From Atopobiaceae bacterium (GTDB lineage Bacteria; Actinomycetota; Coriobacteriia; Coriobacteriales; Atopobiaceae), in NCBI GenBank assembly GCA_022655215.1, contig JALCUE010000002.1, forward strand, positions 424,386 through 488,385: DNA of 64,000 nucleotides, given 5' to 3'. The position numbers were made by a program, and so were the translations under genes. This document shows positions 9,327-17,517 of the stretch, piece after piece. The notes under the pieces were generated by a model, which was not told the DNA's origin, did no database searches, and saw only the letters and a list, made by a program, of their open reading frames with translations. Numbering within the stretch: the first letter of the stretch is position 1; each line of letters starts with the position of its first letter.

Positions 9327-9353
9327 AACTTGTTCAGTAATAGGTATACAAGT
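9327..9353. promoter_or_regulatory. Candidate GntR-type operator upstream of the TIM-like/PTS operon
   Basis: AACTTGTTCAgtaataggtatACAAGT has inverted arms ACTTGT/ACAAGT and contains GTATAC. The 9-mer ACTTGTTCA recurs at 8372-8380, upstream of the GntR gene itself. Confidence 0.35.
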
Positions 9354-9416
9354 ATCATGTGAACGTCATGAATCATGGCGTATGGATGTCCGTGCACGAA
9401 CGAAGGAGAACCAAGC

Positions 9417-10121
9417 ATGGAGAAAGCCAAGCTCAGAAGGCCGTTCTTCGTGGTCAACCCCAAGTCGTACCTCTATGGCGAGGAGACCCACAAGCTGGCC
9501 GAGAAGACCGACGAGCTCTGCGAGAGGTACGACTTCGACTGCCTGTTCACGGCGCAGCTCATCGACCTGCCCTGGGTCGTCGAGAACTGCCCGCACCTCA
9601 TTCCCTGCGCCCAGTTCATGGAGAGCCTGAAGCCGGGTCGTGGCATGGGCCATGTCCTTCCCGAGGCGCTCGCCGCCGCCGGCGTCAAGGCGACCTTCCT
9701 GAACCATGCCGAGAACCCCATGACCGTCCATGAGCTCGCCGCCACGATCGCCCGTGCGAACGAGGTCGGCATTCTCACCGTGGTCTGCGCCGACTCCGTC
9801 GAGGAGGCCAAGGCCATCGCCGAGCTCCATCCCGACGTCATGACCTGCGAGCTCACGAGCCTCATCGGCACCGGCCAGGTGGCGGGGGAGGACTACATGC
9901 GCTCGAGCACCGAGGCGGTCAAGGCCATCTCGCCCGAGACCATGGTGCTCCAGGCGGCCGGCATCCACTCCGGCGAGAACGTCTACGACGCCATCATGTG
10001 TGGGGCGGACGCCACGGGCGGCACCTCCGGCATCGTCGCCGCTGACGACCCGTTCGCCACGCTCGACGAGATGTTCGCCGCCCTCGACCGCGCCCGCACC
10101 GACATCGCCAAGGAGGCCTAG
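9417..10121 (+). CDS. Triose-phosphate isomerase family protein (short TIM-like sugar-phosphate isomerase)
   Basis: TIM hallmarks VVNPKSY, FLNHAE and ELTSLIGTGQ. ATG 9417 is preceded by GAAGGAGA. Confidence 0.7.
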   Translation: MEKAKLRRPFFVVNPKSYLYGEETHKLAEKTDELCERYDFDCLFTAQLIDLPWVVENCPHLIPCAQFMESLKPGRGMGHVLPEALAAAGVKATFLNHAENPMTVHELAATIARANEVGILTVVCADSVEEAKAIAELHPDVMTCELTSLIGTGQVAGEDYMRSSTEAVKAISPETMVLQAAGIHSGENVYDAIMCGADATGGTSGIVAADDPFATLDEMFAALDRARTDIAKEA

Positions 10122-10124
10122 CAC

Positions 10125-10646
10125 ATGGCAACCTACCAGGACTCCATCGTCATCCACACCTGCGCCGGCAAGCCCAGCTATCACAACATCCGTACCGACG
10201 TCGAGGCCATCGTGGCCGCGTCGGGAATCAAGAACGGCATCGTCTGCTGCCAGACGTCGCACACCACCTGCTCGGTCCTCTTCGAGGAGATGGTCCACGA
10301 CACCAACTGGCAGGGGGATGAGTTCCTCCAGGCCGACCTCAACCGTCTTCTCGACCGGATGATCCCCCGTGAGCTCGAGGAAGGGCGCGAGTATCGCTAT
10401 CCCGGCCCCAAGCACGTCCAGTTCCTCGAGGACTACGCGGAGGAGAACCCCGGGTTCCCGGCGGACCCCTCCTCGATCCTGAACGGCGACGCGCACCTGC
10501 GTGCCAGCCTCTTCGGCAGCTCCAAGACCTTCGTCCTCACGGACGGCGTCATGAACACCGGCGAGTTCGGGTACGTCTATCTCGTCGACTGGGACCAGAA
10601 CCGCGAGCGCGACCGCAAGGTCAAGGTCTGTGTCGTGGGCGAGTAG
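10125..10646 (+). CDS. YjbQ/UPF0047 family protein (secondary thiamine-phosphate synthase-like)
   Basis: Family-typical segments SHTTCSVLFEE and NGDAHLRASLFGSS. The RBS AAGGAGG lies 8 nt upstream. The gap to the previous gene is 3 nt. Confidence 0.75.
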   Translation: MATYQDSIVIHTCAGKPSYHNIRTDVEAIVAASGIKNGIVCCQTSHTTCSVLFEEMVHDTNWQGDEFLQADLNRLLDRMIPRELEEGREYRYPGPKHVQFLEDYAEENPGFPADPSSILNGDAHLRASLFGSSKTFVLTDGVMNTGEFGYVYLVDWDQNRERDRKVKVCVVGE

Positions 10647-10733
10647 CCACGCTCGAGGGTGTGGCGTGCATCCCGCTTGTCGGCTGTGTTAGGTTCTGTT
10701 CGGTATCCGAACGAGAAAAAGGGGGGAGGGAAC

Positions 10734-11018
10734 ATGAAGAACATCATCCTCGCGTGTGGCTCTGGGGTCGCGACCTCCACGGTCGTGGCCAACAAGGTGA
10801 AGGACCTGCTCGACTCGAACGGTTTCTCGGGTCAGTACAACATCACCCAGTGCTCGATCGCCGAGGCCGTGGGCAAGTCCGAGAACGCGGACCTGCTCAT
10901 CGCCACCACCGTGGCGCCTGACGGCATCAAGTGCCCGTACATCTCGGGAGTGCCGTTCCTCATCGGCGTCGGCAAGGAGGCCGTTGAGCAGCAGGTGCTC
11001 GACTTCATGAAGAAGTAG
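10734..11018 (+). CDS. PTS galactitol-family EIIB component
   Basis: MKNIILACGSGVATST carries the phospho-Cys motif of Gat-type EIIB. The protein is about 94 aa. The RBS GGGGGGAGGG precedes ATG 10734. Confidence 0.85.
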   Translation: MKNIILACGSGVATSTVVANKVKDLLDSNGFSGQYNITQCSIAEAVGKSENADLLIATTVAPDGIKCPYISGVPFLIGVGKEAVEQQVLDFMKK

Positions 11019-11032
11019 CCTCAAGGCAATGA

Positions 11033-11071
11033 CCCCATGCGACCGGCTGGGGAGAGTCCGGTCGCATGGGG
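11033..11071 (+). other. Intercistronic 14-bp stem-loop between PTS EIIB and EIIC
   Basis: CCCCATGCGACCGG (11033-11046) pairs perfectly with CCGGTCGCATGGGG (11058-11071). There is no U-tail. It may be an mRNA processing or stability element, or a partial terminator. Confidence 0.5.
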
Positions 11072-11169
11072 AGAGCGCGTCGAACCACGCACCATGCAGA
11101 GAGTAGAAGAGAGAGAAGAGAGCGGGTCGTCGCGAAGGGTTCTCCCTGACGGCCCTGGAGGGAGAGAGA

Positions 11170-12588
11170 ATGGACGCAGTAATCGGATTCTTCTCCGGCG
11201 TCTCGAGCCTAGGCGTGTCCGTCGTCATGCCCATCGTGCTGACGATCATCGGATGCTGCTTCGGAGCGGGCTTCGGGAAGAGCCTCAAGGCCGGCCTCAC
11301 CGTCGGCATCGGCTTCATCGGCCTGAACCTCGTCATCAACCAGCTCATGGGCACCGACCTCGCCGGCGGCGTGACCGCCATGGTCGAGCGCTTCGGGCTC
11401 AGCCTGTCCGTCATGGACGTCGGCTGGCCTGCGGCCTCCGCCATCGCCATGGGCTCCATCGTGGGCGTCATCATCATCCCGCTGGGCCTGCTCGTGAACA
11501 TCATCATGCTGATCACGAACACCACCCAGACGGCTGACGTCGACATCTGGAACTACTGGCACTTCGCGTTCACGGGTGCCCTCGTGGCCATCGTGACCAA
11601 CAACGTCGCCATCGGCATCGCCGCCGCCATCGTGAACGAGGTCATCGTCCTCGTCATCGGCGACGTCACCGCGCCTCAGGTCGAGAAGTCCCTTGGCCTT
11701 CCCGGCGTCTCGATCCCCCACGGCTTCTCCGGCGCCTACGCGCCCATCGCCTGGGCCGTCAACGCCCTGATCGACAAGATCCCCGGCCTCAACAAGATCG
11801 ACATCAACGTCCGCAGCATGCAGGAGAAGTTCGGCGTCTTCGGCGAGCCCGTCCTGCTCGGCTCCATCATCGGCCTCGTCATCGGTCTGCTCGCCGGCTA
11901 CGGCCTGCTGCCCGTGACCACCACCGCCGCCGACGGCACGGCCGTCACCACCCCGAGCTTCCTGTCGCTCGCCGTCTCGATGGGCGCCGTCATGGTGCTC
12001 ATCCCCAAGATGGCCGCGCTGCTCATGGAAGGCCTCATGCCCATCTCGGACGCGGCCTCCACGTTCATCCAGAAGCACTTCGCGAGCCGCGGCAAGATCT
12101 ACATCGGCCTCGACTCCGCCGTCGGCACCGGCCACCCCGTCACCCTGACGCTGGCCCTCATCCTCGTGCCGTTCTGCATCGCGCTCTCGTTCATCCTCCC
12201 CGGCAACAAGGTCATGCCGCTGGTCGACCTCGCGTGCATCCCCTACATGTTCGTGCTCATCACGCCGCTGGTTAACGAGAACGGCTTCCGTGGTCTGATC
12301 GTGGGCATCATCGTCCTGGCCGTGGGCCTCTACATCGCCACCGACCTCGCGCCCCTCATCACCACCGCTGCCCAGAACGTCAACTTCGACATGGGCGGTG
12401 CCTCCGAGATCTCCTCGATCTGCGACGGCGCCAACCCGCTCACCTGGATCATCGTCCGCATCGGTGAGCTCGGCAACGGCATCGGCCTCGCCATTCCCGC
12501 CGTCGGCGCGGTCGCGCTGGCAGTGTGGAACCGCTTCCGCATCGTCAAGGAGGCCAAGGAGCTCCACTCGGAGTCCGAGGCTGCCTAG
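11170..12588 (+). CDS. PTS galactitol-family EIIC permease
   Basis: A 472-aa polytopic membrane protein. Its N-terminus (FFSGVSSLGVSVVMPIVLTIIGCCFGAGFGKSLKAGLTVGIGFIGLNLVI) is typical of EIIC-GAT. Confidence 0.85.
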   Translation: MDAVIGFFSGVSSLGVSVVMPIVLTIIGCCFGAGFGKSLKAGLTVGIGFIGLNLVINQLMGTDLAGGVTAMVERFGLSLSVMDVGWPAASAIAMGSIVGVIIIPLGLLVNIIMLITNTTQTADVDIWNYWHFAFTGALVAIVTNNVAIGIAAAIVNEVIVLVIGDVTAPQVEKSLGLPGVSIPHGFSGAYAPIAWAVNALIDKIPGLNKIDINVRSMQEKFGVFGEPVLLGSIIGLVIGLLAGYGLLPVTTTAADGTAVTTPSFLSLAVSMGAVMVLIPKMAALLMEGLMPISDAASTFIQKHFASRGKIYIGLDSAVGTGHPVTLTLALILVPFCIALSFILPGNKVMPLVDLACIPYMFVLITPLVNENGFRGLIVGIIVLAVGLYIATDLAPLITTAAQNVNFDMGGASEISSICDGANPLTWIIVRIGELGNGIGLAIPAVGAVALAVWNRFRIVKEAKELHSESEAA

Positions 12589-12624
12589 TTCGCGAGCGTC
12601 GACCTCGTAACCACCGTCTTACCT

Positions 12625-12661
12625 GACGGGCCCTGCGCCTGACGCGCGCGTGGGGCCCGTC
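12625..12661 (+). terminator. Stem-loop after the PTS operon
   Basis: GACGGGCCC (12625-12633) pairs with GGGCCCGTC (12653-12661). The loop is 19 nt and there is no U-tail. Confidence 0.35.
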
Positions 12662-12673
12662 CCATGGAGGGAC

Positions 12674-13288
12674 ATGAGCGACAAGCAGAGCAGGACGTAC
12701 ACGTACGACGCGAAGCGCTTCCTCATCGAGGTGACCTTCACCGGATGGTTCTGCGTGTTCGTCACCGTGGCCTGCATCATCATGGCGTTCATGGGCATCG
12801 TCCCGGGCGTCATGGCGGTGTGCGCGGTCGTGGCGTTCTACACCGCATGGAACACCTTCGTGTCCAGGGCCTATCCGCGCGAGGTCACGGTGGACGACGA
12901 GTCCATCTCCTTCACGTGCTTCGGCCGCACCGACACGTACCGCTTCGCCGACATCGATGACATCCGCGTCCGCGAGTTCCCCTACGCGTACAAGTCCTAC
13001 GTGCGCATCAACGGGGGCGGCATGCTCAAGGGCCGTTACTGGGTGCGGGGCCAGTGGTTCGATGACGGCGAGGAGCTCTACCGCCGCATCACGGATATCG
13101 AGTGCACCATCATGCCCGATTCCCTGAAGGCACGTGCGCGGGCCTATGCGGCGGCCGAGAAGACCGCCGATGCCGATAAGGCCGCCGACGCCGGCAAGAC
13201 CGTCAAGGCCGCCAAGGCCGGCGCCGACAGGTCCGGCGGGTCTGCCAAGACCACCAAGCCTGCCTCTCGCAAGGGAGGACGCGGCTAG
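12674..13288 (+). CDS. Hypothetical membrane protein: two TM helices plus a PH-like (bPH_2-like) domain and a Lys/Ala-rich tail
   Basis: The TM pair is FTGWFCVFVTVACIIMAFMGIV / VMAVCAVVAFYTAW. A beta-rich segment follows (REVTVDDESISFTCFGRTDTYRFADIDDIRVRE). ATG 12674 is preceded by GGAGGGA. Confidence 0.55.
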   Translation: MSDKQSRTYTYDAKRFLIEVTFTGWFCVFVTVACIIMAFMGIVPGVMAVCAVVAFYTAWNTFVSRAYPREVTVDDESISFTCFGRTDTYRFADIDDIRVREFPYAYKSYVRINGGGMLKGRYWVRGQWFDDGEELYRRITDIECTIMPDSLKARARAYAAAEKTADADKAADAGKTVKAAKAGADRSGGSAKTTKPASRKGGRG

Positions 13289-13362
13289 CCGCTCGATCGC
13301 GGCCCATCATCTCGTTGCCACTGCCTGGTCGTACTCCCCCTTCGGCCAGGTGTGTGCGAGCA

Positions 13363-13395
13363 GGGAGGCATCCGCTTGCGGGTGCCTCCCTTTCC
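13363..13395. terminator. Bidirectional stem-loop between convergent genes
   Basis: GGGAGGCATCC pairs with GGGTGCCTCCC and is followed by TTTCC. It lies between the 13288 stop (+) and the 13476 stop (-). Confidence 0.55.
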
Positions 13396-13475
13396 TGTCC
13401 GCGTGGCGCCGACGTGTGTCGTGGCGCCAACGAACGCCATGCCGCCGCCACCGGCCGCGGCCGGCCGCACCACCG

Positions 13476-14672
13476 CTACCAGGTGTAGCCGCCGTAGTCG
13501 TCCCAGAGCTCCTGGAAGGCCGGCAGACAGCCCGCGAGGGTCTCGTCGGCCACGCAGTACGAGAGGCGCTCGTATCCGCCGATCCCGAAGTCGTTCGAGG
13601 CCACGAGCAGCAGGCCGTGCTCGAACGCGCGGTCGGAGAAGGCGTCCTCATCTGGTTCGAGCGCCCTCATCCACAGGTAGAACGCGCCGTCGGGGTGTAC
13701 CACCTCGTAGCCGATCCGCGCGAGTCCCTCGTAGATGAGGCCGCGCTTCCTCGTGTAGGCGTCCATCGGGGCGGGCGCGCCCACGCATTCGCCCACCACG
13801 CGCTGGATGATGCTCGGCATGATGGTGTTCACGACCCGCTGCGCGCCGAGGATGGCGTCGATCACCCGGTCATGGTTTATGACGGAGCGCGGCACGAGGA
13901 CGTAGCCGGCCCTCTCGCCCGCTATCGAGAGGGACTTCGAGTACGAGTAGCACACGATGGTGTCCGAGTAGGTCCCAGCCACCCAGGGGTTGCTCCTGCC
14001 GTCGTAGACGATCTCCCGATAGGGCTCGTCCGACAGCAGGTAGATGGTCTTGTCGAGTTCCGCGCTCTTGCGCCGCAGCATCGCCCCGAGGTCGCGCAGG
14101 ATCTGCTCGTCGTAGATCGCGCCCGTGGGGTTGTTGGGCGAGTTGACGATCACCATCCGCGTGCAGGGCGTGATGGCGCGCTCTATCGCGTCGACGTCGG
14201 GCTGGAAGGTGGTCGGCTGCGTGGCGACGGGGATGCACTTGCAGTGCCACGCCTGGATGAACATGCGGTACTCGGGATAGTACGGCGTGAGCACGATCAC
14301 CTCCTCGCCGGGGCTCGTGAGCGCGCAGATGGTCGAGGTGAGCGCACCGGATGCGCCGGCCGTGAGCACGAGGTCATCGGCCGAGTAGTTCCCACCGAAG
14401 CGTTGCCTGAGGTCGGTGGCTATGGCTTCGCGCACGTAGGTGAGGCCGCGGTTGGCCGTGTAGCCGTGGAGGTCGACCGAGGGGAGTTCGAGCGCGTGGA
14501 CGATCGACTCGTTCACCTCGGGCGGGGCATCCACATAGGGGTTGCCTATCGAGAAGTCGTAGATGTTCTCCGCGCCGCTCTCCTTGAGCTTGGTCGCCCT
14601 CTCGAACTGCTCGCGTATGGCCGACTTGCCGGCCCCGAACTCGTAGCAGAGCGCATCGATCCCGTCAGCCAT
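13476..14672 (-). CDS. Pyridoxal-phosphate-dependent aminotransferase, class I/II
   Basis: PLP-lysine motif YSYSKSLSIAGERAGY, plus SPNNPTGA and FSIGNPYV. The start is moved to ATG at 14672 (MADGIDAL). The ORF-track N-terminal extension is Arg/Pro-rich. Confidence 0.85.
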   Translation of the reverse strand: MADGIDALCYEFGAGKSAIREQFERATKLKESGAENIYDFSIGNPYVDAPPEVNESIVHALELPSVDLHGYTANRGLTYVREAIATDLRQRFGGNYSADDLVLTAGASGALTSTICALTSPGEEVIVLTPYYPEYRMFIQAWHCKCIPVATQPTTFQPDVDAIERAITPCTRMVIVNSPNNPTGAIYDEQILRDLGAMLRRKSAELDKTIYLLSDEPYREIVYDGRSNPWVAGTYSDTIVCYSYSKSLSIAGERAGYVLVPRSVINHDRVIDAILGAQRVVNTIMPSIIQRVVGECVGAPAPMDAYTRKRGLIYEGLARIGYEVVHPDGAFYLWMRALEPDEDAFSDRAFEHGLLLVASNDFGIGGYERLSYCVADETLAGCLPAFQELWDDYGGYTW

Positions 14673-14854
14673 GGCATACCGTCCCTCACGTCGCCCAGCG
14701 GTCCGTCCGTATTGGATACAACGGTCTGCCTGACGTGTTTCCGACCGGAGACAGGATCGGCACGGGGACGTGTCGTCCACGTCACTCTTTGGGTCAGCTC
14801 CCGCATGGGCCCCATGGAGGGGGTGGGCCGATGGGAAGGGCGCTCGCATACGAG

Positions 14855-14890
14855 GACGCCCCGCCATCCATCGTCGGGAGGCGGGGCGTC
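14855..14890 (-). terminator. 11-bp stem-loop downstream of tRNA-Glu
   Basis: GACGCCCCGCC (14855-14865) pairs with GGCGGGGCGTC (14880-14890). There is no U-tail. Confidence 0.35.
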
Positions 14891-14904
14891 GCATGTGAGA
14901 TAGG

Positions 14905-14976
14905 TGCCCCCAACGAGATTCGAACTCGTGTCGTCGCCTTGAAAGGGCGATGTCCTAACCGTTAGACGATGGGGAC
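14905..14976 (-). tRNA. tRNA-Glu (anticodon UUC), CCA not fully encoded
   Basis: The reverse complement reads GTCCCCA TC GTCT AACGGTTA GGAC A TCGCC CTTTCAA GGCGA CGAC ACGAG TTCGAAT CTCGT TGGGGGC A. Confidence 0.9.
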
Positions 14977-15095
14977 GCGCAGGCAAGTATACCAAAGGCG
15001 GGAGTCATCGAGCGAAGCAAGCGTCGGCGGAGCCGGGCGCGGACGGCGGCGGATGCCAGCGGAGCCGGGCGCGCCCGGCGGTGCCCCCCGAGACG

Positions 15096-16070
15096 TCACA
15101 TGTCGTAGCCGAGCCTGTCCGCGAACCTGCCCGCCGACTCCGCGAAGCCGGGTTGCTCGGATGCCCAGGGGATGAAGTCGGGGGTGTCCACCACGATGGG
15201 GTCGGCCTCATGGACGCAGAGCGTGACCTCCTCGAAGCTTCCCGGCTTGCTCTGGGGGCGGTCGGGCAGGTACGTCTCGACGTAGGTGGGACGGAGCAGC
15301 GCGTAGGCGCCGCCGGTGCAGAGGCTGTCGAAGCCCCTGAGCGCACGGCGTGCCGCGGCCGGGCGGTCGAGCTTGAAGAGGAGGAGGACCCGCGCGAGAT
15401 GGGACCAGGCGTTGCCCTGGCGCAGGAAGCGCGCGTCGAGCTCGTCGAAGCCGGTCTCGTCCTCGAGTCTGGCCAAGGCGAGCGCCGCGGTGAGACGGGC
15501 GCCAAGCGCGTCGGTGGGGGAGGCGTCGATGAGCGACAGGCACGAGCTCGCGGCCATCCGATACCGAGCCGTGTCCAGGCACGTGCGCGAGATCGCGGCA
15601 CGCACGCGCAGCCTCGGACGCAGGAACACGTCATCCCATGCGTCCTCGCCCTCGGACGTGACGATGGCGCCATGCTGGTCGGCTACGTCATGGTCGAGCT
15701 CGAGCAGGAGGCCGAGGGTGGCGTCCGGCTCCTGGTCGGCCACGAGGCATGACAGCAGCCGAGCGTCGATGCAGGTGGGGTCGAGGGCGAGCGCGCGGTC
15801 GCAGCTCGTGGCGATCCTGCCGAACCTGCGTCTGCGCTCGCGCTGGTACTCGTCATCGTCCAGGAGGTCGTCTCCGGCGGTGGCGGCACGTTCCTTCTCC
15901 AGGGTCTGCTCGATCTCGAGGAAGGCCTGCTCCTCGGCATCGTCCGCGAACGAGCGTGGGTCGGCCGCGACGGCGGAGAGCAGCTCGGAGAAACCCTCCT
16001 TCGAGAGGGGGCCGATGCTTGCGAGCCTCTTGAGCGCACACCTGCGAACGAGCTCCCCTCGGGCGTCCAT
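15096..16070 (-). CDS. Hypothetical protein, TPR-like; paralog of the gene immediately upstream
   Basis: 324 aa with a balanced acidic, helical composition. The RBS GGGGAGGAA lies inside the 3' end of the upstream gene, and the intergenic gap is 3 nt. Motifs shared with the paralog are ALALDPTCIDAR, RYRMAASSCLSLIDASPTD..ALALARLEDE and FEEVTLCVHEADPIVV. Confidence 0.7.
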   Translation of the reverse strand: MDARGELVRRCALKRLASIGPLSKEGFSELLSAVAADPRSFADDAEEQAFLEIEQTLEKERAATAGDDLLDDDEYQRERRRRFGRIATSCDRALALDPTCIDARLLSCLVADQEPDATLGLLLELDHDVADQHGAIVTSEGEDAWDDVFLRPRLRVRAAISRTCLDTARYRMAASSCLSLIDASPTDALGARLTAALALARLEDETGFDELDARFLRQGNAWSHLARVLLLFKLDRPAAARRALRGFDSLCTGGAYALLRPTYVETYLPDRPQSKPGSFEEVTLCVHEADPIVVDTPDFIPWASEQPGFAESAGRFADRLGYDM

Positions 16071-16073
16071 CGC

Positions 16074-17120
16074 TCAGTTCCTCCCCGTGTCGAGGGAGAC
16101 GAGCGCGGACGACTCGGGATCCTGCTCGCAGGAGGCGACGACCGCGGGCTCGTGGGCGATCCACGAGCCGAGGCTGCCGAGGTCCGACGAGTCGCGGCCC
16201 TCCTCGAGGACCACGGTCGCCTCGGACACGGCGATGATGAGCTCGTCCTCGCTGAAGGCGGGCACGGCGAGACGGGCGAAGACCCCGTCGGGCAGCTCGT
16301 CCTGGCGGGACAGGGTGATGCCGGCGTGCGGGTAGGCGGACAGGCATCTGGAGACGAGCTCGCGGGCGAGCTCGAGGTCATGTGACTTGTGGGCGAGGGC
16401 GATGCGGGCCAGAAGCAGCCAGCCATCCTCGGAGTCGTCATGGCGTGCGGCTGCGTGGGAGAGGGAGCCGAGCCTGTCGAGCGCGGAGGCATCCTCCAGC
16501 TTCGCGCAGGCGAGTGCCCCGGTGAAGCGGACGTCCGACGGGTCCGAGGGGTCGTCTCCGATGAGGTCCAGGCAGATCGAGAGGCAGCGGGTGTAGTGGC
16601 CGCAGATGAGGGCCTTCGCCGCGAGCGTGGACATCCATCTGACGTACGGCATCATGGCAAGTTCGGCCTCGAGGACCCTGCCCTCGTCATGGCCGTTGGC
16701 GAGCGCCTCGTCATGTCGTGCGACGCAGTCCTGCCTGACGGCGTCGGCCCCCTTCGAGAGGTACTGGTAGTAGCCCTCGAACGAGCCGTAGTCGGCCGCG
16801 GCCCTCATGCGCACGGCGTCATGGCAGCTGGGGTCGAGGTCGATGGCCTCCTCGAGCACGCGCGCCGCCTCGTCCATGATGGGACCGCACTCCTCGTCGG
16901 GGGCGAAGGGCAGCTGGTAGTCGATGAGGTCCGTGGCCTTGGTGACGAGGTGGAACGCACGGTCGCCGTCGGATTGCGGCAGGGAGTCGCGGCTCTGGCT
17001 GAAGCGACGGCTGAACGTCGCGAAGGCACGCGCGGTCGCGAACGGGTCGGAGGGATCGAGGGTGCGCGCATAGCGCAGGCCGAGGCGCTGGTAGTCCTCC
17101 TTGTTCGGGTCGAACGACAT
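16074..17120 (-). CDS. Hypothetical protein, TPR-like; first gene of a two-paralog operon
   Basis: 348 aa. A strong RBS (GGGAGAGGAGG) precedes ATG 17120. Motifs are EAIDLDPSCHDAVR, HYTRCLSICLDLIGDDPSD..ALACAKLEDA and EDELIIAVSEATVVL. No signal peptide or TM helix is present. Confidence 0.7.
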   Translation of the reverse strand: MSFDPNKEDYQRLGLRYARTLDPSDPFATARAFATFSRRFSQSRDSLPQSDGDRAFHLVTKATDLIDYQLPFAPDEECGPIMDEAARVLEEAIDLDPSCHDAVRMRAAADYGSFEGYYQYLSKGADAVRQDCVARHDEALANGHDEGRVLEAELAMMPYVRWMSTLAAKALICGHYTRCLSICLDLIGDDPSDPSDVRFTGALACAKLEDASALDRLGSLSHAAARHDDSEDGWLLLARIALAHKSHDLELARELVSRCLSAYPHAGITLSRQDELPDGVFARLAVPAFSEDELIIAVSEATVVLEEGRDSSDLGSLGSWIAHEPAVVASCEQDPESSALVSLDTGRN

Positions 17121-17328
17121 GGCGCCTCCTCTCCCTCAATCGTTGGTCTTACCACCATGTTAGCGAAGACGGGCCTTCCGTTCGTCCGTGCGGCCCTCTG
17201 CCTCCGAACGGTTGCGCGATGTTACCCAATGGGAGTCGACACGATACGTGTCCTACTCGCATTTACAACGAGAAGCACGGAAAAAATCGTAAACGGTTCA
17301 AGAAGGAGCTATTTCGAGTAGGTTGCAT

Positions 17329-17346
17329 GAAGAATCCGAGAAGAAT
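17329..17346. promoter_or_regulatory. Direct repeat GAAGAAT-N4-GAAGAAT (11-bp period) in the cstA upstream region
   Basis: Copies sit at 17329-17335 and 17340-17346, one helical turn apart, about 80 bp upstream of the putative cstA promoter. This is the geometry used by response-regulator binding sites. Confidence 0.3.
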
Positions 17347-17421
17347 TCATGATGATGCATAAGCAAAGACCAATATGCAATCTCGAATACCGATTTATCG
17401 AGCTAGTTGGCATAATTTGGC

Positions 17422-17449
17422 TTGACCGTTTTGCGGTTAGGCGTATATC
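17422..17449 (+). promoter_or_regulatory. Putative sigma-70-type promoter of cstA
   Basis: TTGACC (17422-17427), a 16-nt spacer, then TATATC (17444-17449). It sits in an AT-rich patch about 70 nt upstream of ATG 17518. Confidence 0.4.
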
Positions 17450-17517
17450 CTTCTGTCAATTTACACACGTAGCGGGAAAGGCCTGCTAGTGCGTCCACCT
17501 AAGGAGGGACGAGAGAC

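Noticed and set aside
7998-13300. The GntR/PTS cluster as a genomic island integrated at tRNA-Leu, and likewise the CWB2 region at tRNA-Pro (36241-38830).
   Set aside because: There is no integrase, transposase or excisionase. I could find no direct repeat of the tRNA 3' end downstream. Outside short intergenic patches and the CWB2 C-terminal module, the composition matches the rest of the window.
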